DNA of 64,000 nt from Bacteroidota bacterium (GTDB taxonomy: Bacteria > Bacteroidota > Ignavibacteria > UBA10030). Of this stretch, positions 18,334 through 30,000 are shown one piece after another. Position 1 is the stretch's first letter, and each line of letters begins with the position of its first letter. The notes under the pieces were generated by a model, which searched no databases, was not told the origin of the DNA, and saw only the letters and a list, made by a program, of their open reading frames with translations. The translations under genes and the position numbers were made by a program. Location of the stretch: positions 392,990 through 456,989 of the forward strand of contig JALONQ010000001.1 of assembly GCA_025454835.1 (NCBI GenBank), in the 5' to 3' direction.

Positions 18334-19688
18334 CCCTCGTCCCGCAGTTCTCCCCTCTTGGTCGAATGGCCCAATATATACTCACCGAAGCCGGTACGAT
18401 CAATGAAGATGAACTGAACGCCGCTTTCGATCTGGTTGTAGTACCAGATCTCGTACGGCTTCGTGTCCTCGTTGCTTGGTACTCGCTCGATGTCGTCGGG
18501 GTCACCGTACAGCAGATAGACCCGCCCGCGGTCCGATTGCCACCCCTCACGGCTATGAACGCGGTACTTCAGATTCGCCGTCACCACGCGCTGCAGGTAC
18601 GCCATTCGCGTGATGGGCGTGAATCCGGGGCGGCCGCGTTCGACCGATTCCCAGAACATGGCCAGGAACTCGCGGCGGGCTTCTGCCGTCGTCAGCTTCG
18701 CAAACGAGGCCTTCTCTTGCTCCGTCGAAAGATACCGGGCGCGCTGGAATTCCTCCCCCAGTTCATCGAGCGTCAGACCCGCCATCTCGCTCGCCTTCAT
18801 CGATGAGGCGCTCACCGCACGGGGCTGGATGTGGGGATTGTACACGTAGAAGGTCTTGGAGGTCTTAGCGACCTCTTCTACGCTGTCGCGCAGAACGCGG
18901 TAGACCAGCGTGTACCGGCCCGACGGCACGGAGCCGACGTTGATCGTGCCCACGTCGACGGAATTCGGTGACGAAAAACTCCGGACTCGGGCGTTCTGCC
19001 GCACGACGTTGCCGCGGGCGTCCTGAATGCTCGACAAGAGCGCATACGATGCGGTCGACGACAGCTGATACAGCTCCGCATAGTGGAACAGCACAGGGTG
19101 GCTGGTCACGCCGAACACCAGCGTGGCATTCGGCACCACCTCAAGCGTGTTCTTGATGAATGCGCCACCCTCCTTGCCGGTCGAGATCGAGGAGCAGAGT
19201 TCCAGGTCGCTCACCGAGACGCCCGGCCCGACCGGTACGACCTCGATGGGAAGCGAGATGCTGTCCTGCCGTGTCGGGTTGAGCGAATCGACGGCCGAGA
19301 CCGTCAGTTGATACGAGCCGAAGGGCAGGGCATATCCTGCCTGACTGACGGATGTGAGCCCCGCGTTGAGCTGCGACGTGTCGCGCACCCGGATCGTCAG
19401 ATAGCGGCGCTCGAAGAGCACTTGGTCACCTGTCGCCCGTTCGGTCAGCTTCTCAGTCACAACGACCCAGCCCTGCAACCCCCCTTCGGGCGTAGGATCG
19501 CAGGTGACGAGGTTCGGGTAGAATGCGTAGTACAGCTCCAGGTAGCCCGAACGGTCGTCATTGCGAAACCGCGCGTAGTCCAGGTTGAGAAGGAACGACG
19601 ACGCGGGGTAGTGGCGTTGACCCTGGGCGGAGGGCGCGAGGAGGACGATGGCAACGACGAGGACAAGCGAGCGCATGGTGATCATCAC
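18312..19688 (-). CDS. GWxTD-domain secreted protein
   Basis: Signal peptide; C-terminal GWQSDRGRVYLLYGDPDDIER...YEIWYY matches the GWxTD domain signature. Confidence 0.65.
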   Translation of the reverse strand: MMITMRSLVLVVAIVLLAPSAQGQRHYPASSFLLNLDYARFRNDDRSGYLELYYAFYPNLVTCDPTPEGGLQGWVVVTEKLTERATGDQVLFERRYLTIRVRDTSQLNAGLTSVSQAGYALPFGSYQLTVSAVDSLNPTRQDSISLPIEVVPVGPGVSVSDLELCSSISTGKEGGAFIKNTLEVVPNATLVFGVTSHPVLFHYAELYQLSSTASYALLSSIQDARGNVVRQNARVRSFSSPNSVDVGTINVGSVPSGRYTLVYRVLRDSVEEVAKTSKTFYVYNPHIQPRAVSASSMKASEMAGLTLDELGEEFQRARYLSTEQEKASFAKLTTAEARREFLAMFWESVERGRPGFTPITRMAYLQRVVTANLKYRVHSREGWQSDRGRVYLLYGDPDDIERVPSNEDTKPYEIWYYNQIESGVQFIFIDRTGFGEYILGHSTKRGELRDEGWQRLLQ

Positions 19689-19700
19689 CGATGGAATGTG

Positions 19701-21980
19701 TCAAGAAGCCGTCAGGTTCGCCAGCAAGCGATACGCAGCCGGGTGCGCGTTCAGGAGCTGATGATGCAGGTTCAGATTCACATACGTGAACGAACCGCGG
19801 CCCACCGACCATCGGACGATGCCCGGGATCGCATCGTCGCCCACCACGACCGGGACCTCCGAGCCGACGTCCTTCAACGTCAGGCGATGTGGAACTCGAC
19901 GGTTGATCCAACCTTCCCAAGACTCGGACACCAGCGGGTTCGGGCCAAGCGTCACCGGGTCGCCGGCTGCGATCGTCAGAGCCGTGGTGCTGTCGGTGGT
20001 ACCGTCCGGCACTGCCTCACCGATGGGGGAGCCGGGCAGTGCCATGGTGACGTCAGCGTGCTGTGCCAACACGATCACGCGTCCACCCTGTTCGGCGAAG
20101 GTGCGCAACGCGCTCCAACCCGAACTTTCCAACGACCGACCGCTCCACTCCGGGACGACGACGGTCCTCACGCCGGAGAGATCGGACGCAGCCAGGTTCG
20201 TAGGATCGATCCACTGCGCGGGCACCCCAAGCCGTCTGACCGCCAGGCCGGTCACGGTGGCCCCTGATCCCCCGACCACCGCCAGCGTGGCCGTCCGGTC
20301 GACCGCCACGGGGAACTTGCGGACGAGGAAACGTGCGACAGGTTCGAGCCCGATCAGAACATCGGTAACGCTCGTTCCGTCGGGATAGCCGTCGTCAAAC
20401 TCGAGGTCCAATGTGTCGATCTCCGTCGACCCCTTGGCGTTCATGCGAAAGTACATCGGGCGAGACCGGACATACGCGTCATGCACCTCGAGCGTATCAC
20501 GGACGCCGTCGCGGGAGTTGTTGGTGATCCGCACTGCCAGTCGTTCTCCCGGGACGGCCATCTGAATCGGCGTCAGGACGTCCACGGAAAAGCGCGGTGC
20601 GCCGTACAAACGAGCGTCCACGCGCAAGGAGAAACTCCGCTCGGGCTGCGCCGCCCGATGGATGACAAAGAAGTTCCAGGGCGTGCGGAACCGGTTCTGC
20701 TCCAAACCCGAAAGCTCACGCGGGAGGTCATGGGGAATGTCGCGCGAAGAGACGATCTGGTATGGTGTTCCCGTGACGAGCGCCGCTTTGTTCTCGGGGC
20801 TCTCGTTCAAGATCCAGCCCTTCGACACCATCGGGAAAAGGACCTGCGACTCTCCGGCGGGTCCCACGCCGCGCACCGAATCGATCGTCAGATACGTAAG
20901 TTGGGTGTTCGTCAAGACCGTATCCGAGACGCGGAAGAAGGCCTCGGCGCCGATCACGCGCAGGCGCACCGCCTCCAGGGCCGCCCGGCGGTCGAGCAGC
21001 ATGCGACGGTCGGGCTCACGATCTCGCGGATTGACCTGCAGCCAGGTGTCGATCTGCACGAGCAACGGAACTGCCTGACGAAGGACGCGGTCGGCCGAGG
21101 TCCCCCTTGGCACGGATCTCCATCCGCTGACCTGGTCAGCGAAGGCCCGGCTCATCGAATCGATCGATCGGAGAGACGTCGGAGCCGCCCGGCGCAAGAG
21201 GGCGTCAACGTCCGAGACGGCTGCCAATGGGGTCCTGGGATACCCGGCCAGTGACCGATAGCGCGGCTCCTTGAGCGGAAAGACCGCAGACCGGGCGGCA
21301 TAGGCCGCGCGACCTGATGCCAACAACGCGTTCGTGACACGCTCGGCTCTTGTGCGACGGCTCTCGACCGCACGTGCCCGTTGTCGCGCCTCTGCCACGG
21401 CCACGACGGCCGGCACGTGTCGCCGATAAGACGCGATGCGCGCGAGCACGTCACTCAGGTGAGACAGCACTTCTGAAGCCAGTACGCGCGGCGTTTCCGG
21501 ACGCTCGAGACCGTTCACGATGATGAGGTCCGGCTGGAATTCTTCGACCTGGCCGCGAAGACGAGCGCGGAGTGTGTCGGTGGTCCACGCATCACGGACG
21601 ATCTCGACGCTCGAAGCCCCGTCCAGATATGCCAGATTCAGAAAGACATGATCGGCCCCGAGTGCCGTCGTGGCGTGGTAGGCCTGTTCCCTCGCGACCG
21701 CGGCCACCTGATTCGGGAAGAGGACCGACGGCTCCACGATGGAACCTTCGCCGTTGGTCAGATAGACCACCCGGATCTGGGCTCCAGCCACGGCTCGATA
21801 TCTGGCCGCGGCGGCGAGATCTTCGTGGCCGGGGGCAACCGCCAGAAACATGACACGGCCGCCGTATCGGAGCTCTGCGGATCGAAGCTGCGTGAATCGC
21901 TCAAGGTCGTCGCCGCTGGCGGCGCCGGAAGAGGAGACGAACGACACGATGAGGCAAACGAACGCAAGACGTCGGGACAT
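19701..21980 (-). CDS. Large secreted hypothetical protein (759 aa); the N-terminal region shows a weak resemblance to LmbE/PIG-L-like deacetylases (its GHEDL segment deviates from the AHPDDE motif), C-terminal region unassigned
   Basis: Signal peptide MSRRLAFVCLIVSFVSSSGAASG; long ORF with non-repetitive composition; no confident motif. Confidence 0.5.
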   Translation of the reverse strand: MSRRLAFVCLIVSFVSSSGAASGDDLERFTQLRSAELRYGGRVMFLAVAPGHEDLAAAARYRAVAGAQIRVVYLTNGEGSIVEPSVLFPNQVAAVAREQAYHATTALGADHVFLNLAYLDGASSVEIVRDAWTTDTLRARLRGQVEEFQPDLIIVNGLERPETPRVLASEVLSHLSDVLARIASYRRHVPAVVAVAEARQRARAVESRRTRAERVTNALLASGRAAYAARSAVFPLKEPRYRSLAGYPRTPLAAVSDVDALLRRAAPTSLRSIDSMSRAFADQVSGWRSVPRGTSADRVLRQAVPLLVQIDTWLQVNPRDREPDRRMLLDRRAALEAVRLRVIGAEAFFRVSDTVLTNTQLTYLTIDSVRGVGPAGESQVLFPMVSKGWILNESPENKAALVTGTPYQIVSSRDIPHDLPRELSGLEQNRFRTPWNFFVIHRAAQPERSFSLRVDARLYGAPRFSVDVLTPIQMAVPGERLAVRITNNSRDGVRDTLEVHDAYVRSRPMYFRMNAKGSTEIDTLDLEFDDGYPDGTSVTDVLIGLEPVARFLVRKFPVAVDRTATLAVVGGSGATVTGLAVRRLGVPAQWIDPTNLAASDLSGVRTVVVPEWSGRSLESSGWSALRTFAEQGGRVIVLAQHADVTMALPGSPIGEAVPDGTTDSTTALTIAAGDPVTLGPNPLVSESWEGWINRRVPHRLTLKDVGSEVPVVVGDDAIPGIVRWSVGRGSFTYVNLNLHHQLLNAHPAAYRLLANLTAS

Positions 21981-22058
21981 GGCAGGTCGTGGAGATGGAG
22001 GAACACAAAGGGCTGCCCTTCGCGGGCAGCCCCTTGCGTTATCGAACGATGGATCAGA

Positions 22059-23105
22059 TCAGAAGCCGAACTTCACGCTGAACACGTTGTTCCCGTCGAA
22101 GAACGTCGCCGACCTGTAGCCATAGTCGACGGTAATGTCCACGCCGGGCGCGTTCCAATGGACGCCGAGGCCGAAACTTTCACCGAAGATGTTGTCATCG
22201 GTTTCTGCTTGCGGCACGAAGCCCATACCGACGCGGCCAAACAGCTCGATCACATCGAGCATCAGACCGACCTCGGCCCCGACCTTGTACTCATCAAGGT
22301 ACAGGTTGTTGTTGGTGAAGGTCCCGTTGACGCCATACATGATGTTGTTCTCGACCTTACCCTCATACGTCAGGCCGATCTCCACCACGGACGGCAATTC
22401 GAAGCCCGCCGCCTCAGAACGATAACGCTGTTCCGGACGACGACCGTCGGACGAGCGGGCGACGCGATAAAGAGCCGCGCCGTCGTACTTCATCTGCGGT
22501 CCGATGTTCTTGACCGCAACGCCGAGCTCCAAGCCCGAGACGCCGATGAGGTTGTTGTACTGGATACCGATATCCAGCGCAAACCCCGTGGCGCTCGTGC
22601 GTCCGATCTGCTCATTGATGATCTTCCCCGTGAATCCGACGGCGATGGCGTCGGTCAGGCCGCGACCGTAGGCCAGTCCGAGGGTAACGAACGTCGGCGA
22701 GTAGAAGCGCCCGCTGACATTCTCCGGATCATCTTCCGTCGTCAGCGGAATATCGCCGAAGTTCATCGACGTCACTGCGAAGCCGAGCGTCCCGAAATCA
22801 CCAAAGGTGCCCGCGACCCCGCCGTAGCTGACGTTGATATCGGCGATGTAGCTCATCGACGAGAACATGCCTTCGGCCGAATTGCTCATCCGACCGAGTC
22901 CGGCAGGATTCCAGTAGATGGCTTCCACTCCCTTCGTGTTGGCCAGCTGCGAGCCGCCGAGCGCCACACCTCGCGCGCCCACCGGGATCAGCAGCTGTGT
23001 CGAGCTCGCGGTCCCGATCCTCTTGTTCTGCGCAAGCCCGCCGTCAGCCAGCACGACGAGGCAGAGCAGGACCGCCACTGCCGTGAACAATGTATTGGAT
23101 TTCAT
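22059..23105 (-). CDS. Outer-membrane beta-barrel protein of the PorV/PorQ (FadL-like, T9SS-associated) type
   Basis: Signal peptide, alternating amphipathic beta-strand pattern, C-terminal F (VFSVKFGF), length ~350 aa. Confidence 0.55.
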   Translation of the reverse strand: MKSNTLFTAVAVLLCLVVLADGGLAQNKRIGTASSTQLLIPVGARGVALGGSQLANTKGVEAIYWNPAGLGRMSNSAEGMFSSMSYIADINVSYGGVAGTFGDFGTLGFAVTSMNFGDIPLTTEDDPENVSGRFYSPTFVTLGLAYGRGLTDAIAVGFTGKIINEQIGRTSATGFALDIGIQYNNLIGVSGLELGVAVKNIGPQMKYDGAALYRVARSSDGRRPEQRYRSEAAGFELPSVVEIGLTYEGKVENNIMYGVNGTFTNNNLYLDEYKVGAEVGLMLDVIELFGRVGMGFVPQAETDDNIFGESFGLGVHWNAPGVDITVDYGYRSATFFDGNNVFSVKFGF

Positions 23106-23153
23106 CTGATAGTCTCCTTGATCGTCGTGAAGAACACGAGTTCTGCGTTCACC

Positions 23154-26100
23154 TTAATAGGTGTTCAGGATCTCTTGTTCCTGGATTACACCGAGCTTGA
23201 GGATCTTCGTCACCGTGGAACCATCCGTCGGCAAGGTCAGCTCGATATGTACGATATACATACCGCTTGCCACCGGGAAGCCTGACTGATTCATCAGGTT
23301 CCAGCGATAGAACTGGGACGGCTCGTTCTTGTCGAGCGTGCGCACCAGCTGGCCCGCCAGGTTAAAGATCCGGATCTTCGCGACCGGAGGCAGATTGTTG
23401 AATGTCACAAAGCGCTGGAACCGGTTGGTCTCAGCCGCGTTGAACGCATAGTACGGGTTCGGGAAGACCCCGACGCGTGCGGCGTCGAGCTTCTCTGCGG
23501 CCGCGTCACGGACAACCGGCGCTGGCGCCGTGAACGTGTAGAGGTCCGTGCCCGGCGTGGTCGGGTTCGGGACGGAGATCTTCACGACATCGCCCGTTCT
23601 CCATAGCGGTTGCGACGTCACGCCCATGGCGAACATCCACGTGCCCTTGGGGTTGTCGCGCGGAACAGCGGTGATCCCCGCGGCGGTCGCATCCGAGGTA
23701 TAGGGCGTGGAGACCGCGCCGATATAGGCACGTCCACCGAATCGGAGATAGAGCGGCACGCCGCCTGATCCCCAGGGTGACGCCGCGTCGGCATTGCGAT
23801 CGCGGACAACGGCGTTGATCTGCCGGCTTCGGCCCAATGCCGGGTCGACCTCCCACAGCTCAAACGGAACTCTGATACGGACGATGTTCGCCGCATTCGA
23901 GCTCGCCACCGTCGCGATGGAGCCGCCGGAGACGATCAGGGTGTCGTTCGGGAAGGTCCCGTTCGCGCGTGTGGCGCGAACTCCCGTGAACCGCATCTCG
24001 ATGTCCGACACCATGTCCTGCGCGGTCGTCGTATTCGTGGATTGGGGCAGGAGATTCACGTACTGAATTCCGAACCCGTAGTAGAACGATGCGTCGAGGC
24101 CGGTTCCGGTGCCTGCCGTTTGCTGTGTCGAGTAACTATCCGGCAGCTTGAACACCGGGCTCCCCACTTTGAGCTGCAAACCATCGAAGATGGGATAGTC
24201 ATCATCTTCAGAGTAGTTCTGCTGGTAGGTGAGCAGCGAGCTAGCTCCCTTCGTGACATAGTAAGGGTAGGTGTCGAAGAAGATCTGCGCTTGCGAGGTG
24301 TCCACGGTCGTGATCACCGTGACATACATGCGCTCGCCCACCAACGCCTGCCGGAATCCTGCCGTGAACGGCTTCGACGTATCCGTGGACGTCCACTTCC
24401 CTGTCGCCGTCGCGTTGCCGACGCTCACGGTGTACGGCAGACCTCCCTTGTTGCCGGCAGTTCCGGTCGTATCGAAGTACAGACCGACGACAGGACCGGC
24501 CAACGACGAAATGGCCGAAAGGTCGACCGTGTAGGTGACCGAGGTGCCCGCCGCATCCAGGAGCATGCTGGCGCTGAGCGACGACACGGGATTGCCCGCC
24601 ACGTCGAACGTCAAGTCCTCGTGACCGGAGAATCGATCCGGCTGAGTCGACCAACCGATCGTGTAGGTCTGGCCGTTGACCTTCGTGGGATCGATGACCT
24701 TGACTTCGATCGGCACGTCGCCAATACCGGTGGTGTGCGTCACCGTCAACCCGGAATTGGTTTCGGCGATGGGGGTAAGACCGTACGGGGTCCGAGGACG
24801 GACCGTGTAGACTCGCGGGTCGGATTCCAACGAGGCCGGCAGATAGCCCGGCGTCGTCGTGCGGCTATAGGCCGTCACGACCAGGTAGTACTCCTGCCCG
24901 TTGTAGATCTTGTTGATGTCATTGATGTAATCGCGGTTGAAATTGAAGAACCGCTTCAACCCGCTGTTTGAGCCAAACTGCACAGGCAGGTTGAGGATCT
25001 GGCCCGAGCCTTCGTCGAACTGCTCATCCAGGATGACCGTGGGGTCCGTCGGAAGGTCGAACGTAGCGATCCGGCGCCCTTCGGACGTGCGTGAATTGGG
25101 CGAAGGCAGCTGGTACACATTGTAGCCCTCGAAGATGTAGCCACCGGGCTCGTTCCTCTTCGTCTCTGTATCTGCAACGCGGGCGAGGTTCGATCCCCAT
25201 TCCAGCGTGATCTCACCGTCGAGCTCCGCCACCTGGACATCGGGCGACGCCGGAGGACGCGGCACCTGGAACAACGCGTTGAACGTGTTCTGGACGAAGC
25301 GGTCGTTGAACTTCATGACCGCAACGCTCGTCAGGCGGTCCGCGCCGAGACCGGCCACGACGCCGACGTAGATCTCCTGCGTGTCACCCGGAGCCATCGA
25401 GAAGGGTCCGGTCGTGCAGAGCAAGCGTCGGTCGCCAGCAGCGAAGGAGTACGGCGTGCCGAGACCGTCGACGAATCCCGTACGAGTAACAGGGTCCCCC
25501 GACAACGGGAACTTTGTGATCGCGACACCCGGGGGATGCGCATATGGCTGGTCTGCGGTGTTCAGATCCCCCAGCGGGGCGAACCCGCGCAGCATCTTCC
25601 ACCAGCGGCCTGTGCCCTGAAGGTAGTTAGCTGAACCGGTCGGAGGATCGCTGTACGGCGAGCCGGCCGAGAAGTACGAGAAGGACGACATGCCGCGATT
25701 GGCCTTCCCATACACGCGCTTCAAGTTGAAGACCGCCGAATCGCCGGGGGCATTGTAGAGCGGGCCCGCCAGGAAGTCGTATCCGACCGCCGGAGGCGGC
25801 AGGTTGAAGCCGCGATACTCAGCATCGACCGCGTTGCCGTTATAGCAGAAGCCCAGCGAACGCAACGAGTCCGTTCCCAGCAGATCGTCGCCGGCGTTCC
25901 CAAGATCGGGATCGGACCACTGACAGACGTACATCGAGTCGATCCAGAATGCGCCGAATTGATTACCGGTGGCTGCCGAGGTATCCACACCCCCCTTGTT
26001 GATCAGCTTGTAGCGATTGAAATACAGGTTGCCGAGCGCGTCGGTGCGCTTGTAGCCCCACACCGTCTTCTGCACTTCGATACCCATCGGCTCCGAACCT

Positions 26101-26927
26101 TCAAAGCTCGTGGATGTCGACACGTTCAGGTCGTTGTAAACCGTCCAAATGACCTGGTCGGCCGGAGAATTCGGGTCGCCACCCGCAACGCCTGGCTCGT
26201 CCAGGCCCCGCGAGATCAAGCTGTCGGCCGTGAAAACCGGGCCCGCCAGCGGATCTGTGTTGAATGCGGGAGGCACGTTGTAGACGCCGTCGCCATTGCG
26301 ATCGATGTACGGAGCACCCTTCGCATGCGGCCAATTGTCCCAATCCAGCTTGTACTGTGCTTTGACCGCCGCGATCTGCGTTGGCGTCACGGCTGCTTCT
26401 TGGATCTCGTTCACAACGGCCGCGTCACGCGCATACTCGGCGTCCGACATTGTCGCGAAGTCTCGACGGATCCGGTAGATCCGGACACTTGCCGCCGCCG
26501 GATCCTCGACGCCCACTCCGACCACTGCGCCGGAGTCTGGCAGCAGGATCTTTCCGGCACGGGTACCGACGCCGTACGTGCCGCCACCCACGCGAACAGA
26601 CTGCCGCGGGCCGGGCCTCGTCAATCCAACATTTGTGTAGACTTTGCCGCCCCAGACCACGCAGTCTTGGTAGAGCGCGCTGCCCGTTCCACGCGGGTAG
26701 TAGAAGCCGTCGTCCGCCGACGGTGAATGGTTCGAATGGCCGTCCGCGCGGAGCCAGGTTGTCAGATTGTTGATATTGAGAACGGCATACACGGGCGAAC
26801 CAGCGCTCTTGGCGAGCGTTTGCCCCCTCTTGCTCTGGTCGGCCGGCTCCTTGGCCAGCGAGACCAGGCTGACCAGGGCACCAATCGCCAGGACCAGTCC
26901 TGCCCTCAGGAAATTCGTCGCTTTCAT
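23154..26927 (-). CDS. Very large secreted protein (1257 aa) with a type IX secretion C-terminal sorting domain
   Basis: Signal peptide MKATNFLRAGLVLAIGALVSLVSLA after an AAGGAG RBS; C-terminal ~80 aa (KIRIFNLAGQLVRTL...GMYIVHIELTLPTDGSTVTKILKLGVIQ) matches a T9SS CTD. Start moved to ATG 26927. Confidence 0.75.
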   Translation of the reverse strand: MKATNFLRAGLVLAIGALVSLVSLAKEPADQSKRGQTLAKSAGSPVYAVLNINNLTTWLRADGHSNHSPSADDGFYYPRGTGSALYQDCVVWGGKVYTNVGLTRPGPRQSVRVGGGTYGVGTRAGKILLPDSGAVVGVGVEDPAAASVRIYRIRRDFATMSDAEYARDAAVVNEIQEAAVTPTQIAAVKAQYKLDWDNWPHAKGAPYIDRNGDGVYNVPPAFNTDPLAGPVFTADSLISRGLDEPGVAGGDPNSPADQVIWTVYNDLNVSTSTSFEGSEPMGIEVQKTVWGYKRTDALGNLYFNRYKLINKGGVDTSAATGNQFGAFWIDSMYVCQWSDPDLGNAGDDLLGTDSLRSLGFCYNGNAVDAEYRGFNLPPPAVGYDFLAGPLYNAPGDSAVFNLKRVYGKANRGMSSFSYFSAGSPYSDPPTGSANYLQGTGRWWKMLRGFAPLGDLNTADQPYAHPPGVAITKFPLSGDPVTRTGFVDGLGTPYSFAAGDRRLLCTTGPFSMAPGDTQEIYVGVVAGLGADRLTSVAVMKFNDRFVQNTFNALFQVPRPPASPDVQVAELDGEITLEWGSNLARVADTETKRNEPGGYIFEGYNVYQLPSPNSRTSEGRRIATFDLPTDPTVILDEQFDEGSGQILNLPVQFGSNSGLKRFFNFNRDYINDINKIYNGQEYYLVVTAYSRTTTPGYLPASLESDPRVYTVRPRTPYGLTPIAETNSGLTVTHTTGIGDVPIEVKVIDPTKVNGQTYTIGWSTQPDRFSGHEDLTFDVAGNPVSSLSASMLLDAAGTSVTYTVDLSAISSLAGPVVGLYFDTTGTAGNKGGLPYTVSVGNATATGKWTSTDTSKPFTAGFRQALVGERMYVTVITTVDTSQAQIFFDTYPYYVTKGASSLLTYQQNYSEDDDYPIFDGLQLKVGSPVFKLPDSYSTQQTAGTGTGLDASFYYGFGIQYVNLLPQSTNTTTAQDMVSDIEMRFTGVRATRANGTFPNDTLIVSGGSIATVASSNAANIVRIRVPFELWEVDPALGRSRQINAVVRDRNADAASPWGSGGVPLYLRFGGRAYIGAVSTPYTSDATAAGITAVPRDNPKGTWMFAMGVTSQPLWRTGDVVKISVPNPTTPGTDLYTFTAPAPVVRDAAAEKLDAARVGVFPNPYYAFNAAETNRFQRFVTFNNLPPVAKIRIFNLAGQLVRTLDKNEPSQFYRWNLMNQSGFPVASGMYIVHIELTLPTDGSTVTKILKLGVIQEQEILNTY

Positions 26928-27024
26928 AGGTTGAAGCTCCTTATGGTTGAACTCGTGGCGGAGATCTTGGTTGTCAGTATGGCGACCAGGCGTCCGCCGT
27001 CGCACGGCGGACGCCCGCAGTCGC

Positions 27025-30000
27025 TTACAGTTCCAGCTTCATACCGATCCGGATCTCGCGCGGCGAACCAAAGAGGTCATTACCACCCTGTTGACCCAGG
27101 CCACCGCCGCCGCCGACGCTCATGTAAGCATGACGGTTGGCCAGATTGACAGCCTTATACCAGGCTTCGTAGTTCGGGATCGCCTTGTACGACACGGCGA
27201 ACGGGGACTTCAGCCAGCCATCGTCGTTCGGAGTGCCCGTGGTCGGGTAGACATTGAGCACGCTCTTCGCGTTGAAGAGGTTCAGCACCCGGGCATAGAT
27301 CTCCAGATTGACGAAGTCGAGGTAGAACATCTTACTGATGTTCATGTCGACGTTGAACACCCACGGCGTCGCCGATGTGTTGACCGGCTCGACCGGAACG
27401 CGGGTACGGGAATCGATGAGGGCGCGCACGCCGACGTTCCAGGCGGTCGCTTGTCCGAGGTTCTGCGGCTCCTGGATCTTGGTGTAGTTGTGGCCGCTGT
27501 TGAAGGTGGTCAGCAGATTCACGCCCAATCCTTCGAGCATACCACCCTCGCCCTTGCCCCAACGATAGTCGAGCAGGATCGAGCCCTTGTGGGTCTGGTT
27601 CTGGTCGAGCGGATACACGAAGCGCGGGAAGAGCGACGAAGCCTCGTCCGTCACTGAATTCTGAGACGAGCGGTTCGAAGAGGCCGTGCCTCGGGCATCC
27701 GACAGCGTATAGTTCACCTTCGCCGCCAGTCGGTTCGTCCGGCGCAGTTCGAGCGTCATCTCAACGCCCTTCTGCGTGCCGAAGTCCTCGTTCTGGTAGG
27801 CCGTCGACATCGGCACGCCAGACGAGTTGAACAACCGGGCGATCTGGATCTGGTCGCGCGTGTCCTTGTAGAAACCCGTGACCGTGAGGGCGAAGTTGTC
27901 CGTCAAAGTCTGACGGAGACCGATCTCATACTGCGTCAGGCGCTCCGGCCGGATAAGGAACCCGATCGTCGCACCGCCAATGTTGTAGCCCACGCGGCTC
28001 AGAGGATCGAGCAGGCTCGACATCGTGATGTTGTCCTGATACATCAGGTTCAGGGACGGCAGCTGGGCGTACTTGCCATACAGGGCGTAGAAGACCGTAC
28101 GGTCCGTCACAGGGAACGAGAAGCTGATGCGGGGCAGCAGCAGCTGGAAGGCATCCGTCTTCGTCAGCTTGTCCTCCTGGAACGTCTCATACGTGTAGTC
28201 CCAGATCGCATCGAGGTTCTGGTAGTCGAACTGGTTCGTCGCCGGGTTCAACTGCTTCGGCACCGACACCGCCTTCGGGTCGATGAGCTCGTAGCGGACG
28301 CCGACGTTCAGGATGAGGTCCTGATACTCGAACTTGTTCTGCACGTATGCCGAAGCGAGGAACGGTTCGCCGGGGGCGTTGACGCCGTCGTCGACCTCGA
28401 CGCCGTAGTTGTCATAGCCGACTGTCGCGATGACACCGGCATTGTTCACGAACGTGCGCTCTTCGAGCGGATTGGCGAACGTGCGGTCAATGATGCCATC
28501 TTCGTTCGAGTCCATGAACTTCAGGTAGCCGGCGATGTTGCCGAAGTTGTACGACCTGATCGTCCACGTCTCGATCTGGCCGCCCGCCTTCAATTCCCAG
28601 TTCGTGTTGATCTGCGACGTGAAGGCCACGTTCGCGATGATCGCACTCTGCTGGTTCTTGGCGTAGGCGTTGTTGGGGGCATCCTCGTGCGCGAAGAGGA
28701 ATTGCTGGATGGCCGAATACGCGAACGGCGTCGAATAGCGTGACCGCCAGCCCCCGTACCCCAGCTTCGCGTTCTCGAGGCTGTCGGGATACTTGAGCCA
28801 ATCGGCGAACGTCGTCCCCTTGAACTCGGGGTCGAACGTCTCCGCGAAGCGGTCCTGGTACGACACGCCGACCTCGTAGAACGTGCTCGGGCTGAGGACG
28901 TGCGTCAAGCGGGCACCGGCGAGCAGGCGAGTGGTCTCGCTCGTGCTGTAGCGGCGCGTGACACGCGTCGAGCCGTCGGGCATCGTCACCTGACGCGACT
29001 GCGACCGGAAGTAGTTGGCCAATCCGCCCGGCCAGCCGCCACCGTTCGGGTTGCTGCTCAGTTCGTACGAACCCGTCAGCTTCACCTTGAACGGGTTGAA
29101 GTCGAGAAGCAGCGTTCCTTGGAGCTGGTTGCTTTCGAACGAGTTGTCGTACAGGTAGTTCTTCTTGTATTCAATGTCGCCGCCGAACGGCAACAGCGTA
29201 CCCTCCACCGACGGACCACGCGAACCGAGCGCGTCCTGCGTCAGACCCGCAAACTTGAACGGCTCGATGAAGGTCGACTGACGGTTGCGGAAATAGTTGT
29301 GCTGACCCGCGACGAAGAAACGGATGTCGTTCGACACGATCGGTCCGCCGGCCGTAACGACCACGTTCCGATACCCGCGAGAGCTCGTGCCGAGGAACTC
29401 CTCGCCCGGCTTCGCGAAGTCGTCGGTCTGGGCGTCCAGGGTGAACTGGTACTTCGTGCCGCCCGTCCTCGTCGTGGTGCGCACGAGGCCCGACATCGCG
29501 CCGCCGTACTCGGCCGTGAAGCCGCCGGCTTGCACCTGGACCTCTTCGATCGCTTCCTGAATGACGTTGACGTTACTGCTGTTGAAGAACGGGTTCGTCA
29601 CGTTCGTGCCGTCGATCGTGTAACCGACCTCACCGGCGCGTCCACCTCGCACGTACAAGTTCCCGTTGCGCTCCACAACACCCGCCTCGAGCGCGACAAT
29701 GTTCTGCAGACCGCGGACGGGAAGCGACGCCAGGTTCTCCTGCGTGTTCACGCGAACCGTGTTCGTCGTGTTACGCTGGATCAGCGGACGCTCAGCCGTG
29801 ATCACGACCTCACTCGCCTGAACGGCGGTGCTGGACATCTGAATGTCCTGCGTCGTCGTGAGATTTGACAGAACACGCACGTTCGAGATCGTCACCGGGG
29901 CGTACCCGATGTATGAAGCCTTGAGCGTGTACGTGCCGGGAGGAACGGAGAGAATGACATACTCGCCGTTGACATCGGACGCCGCGCCGAGACTGGTGCC

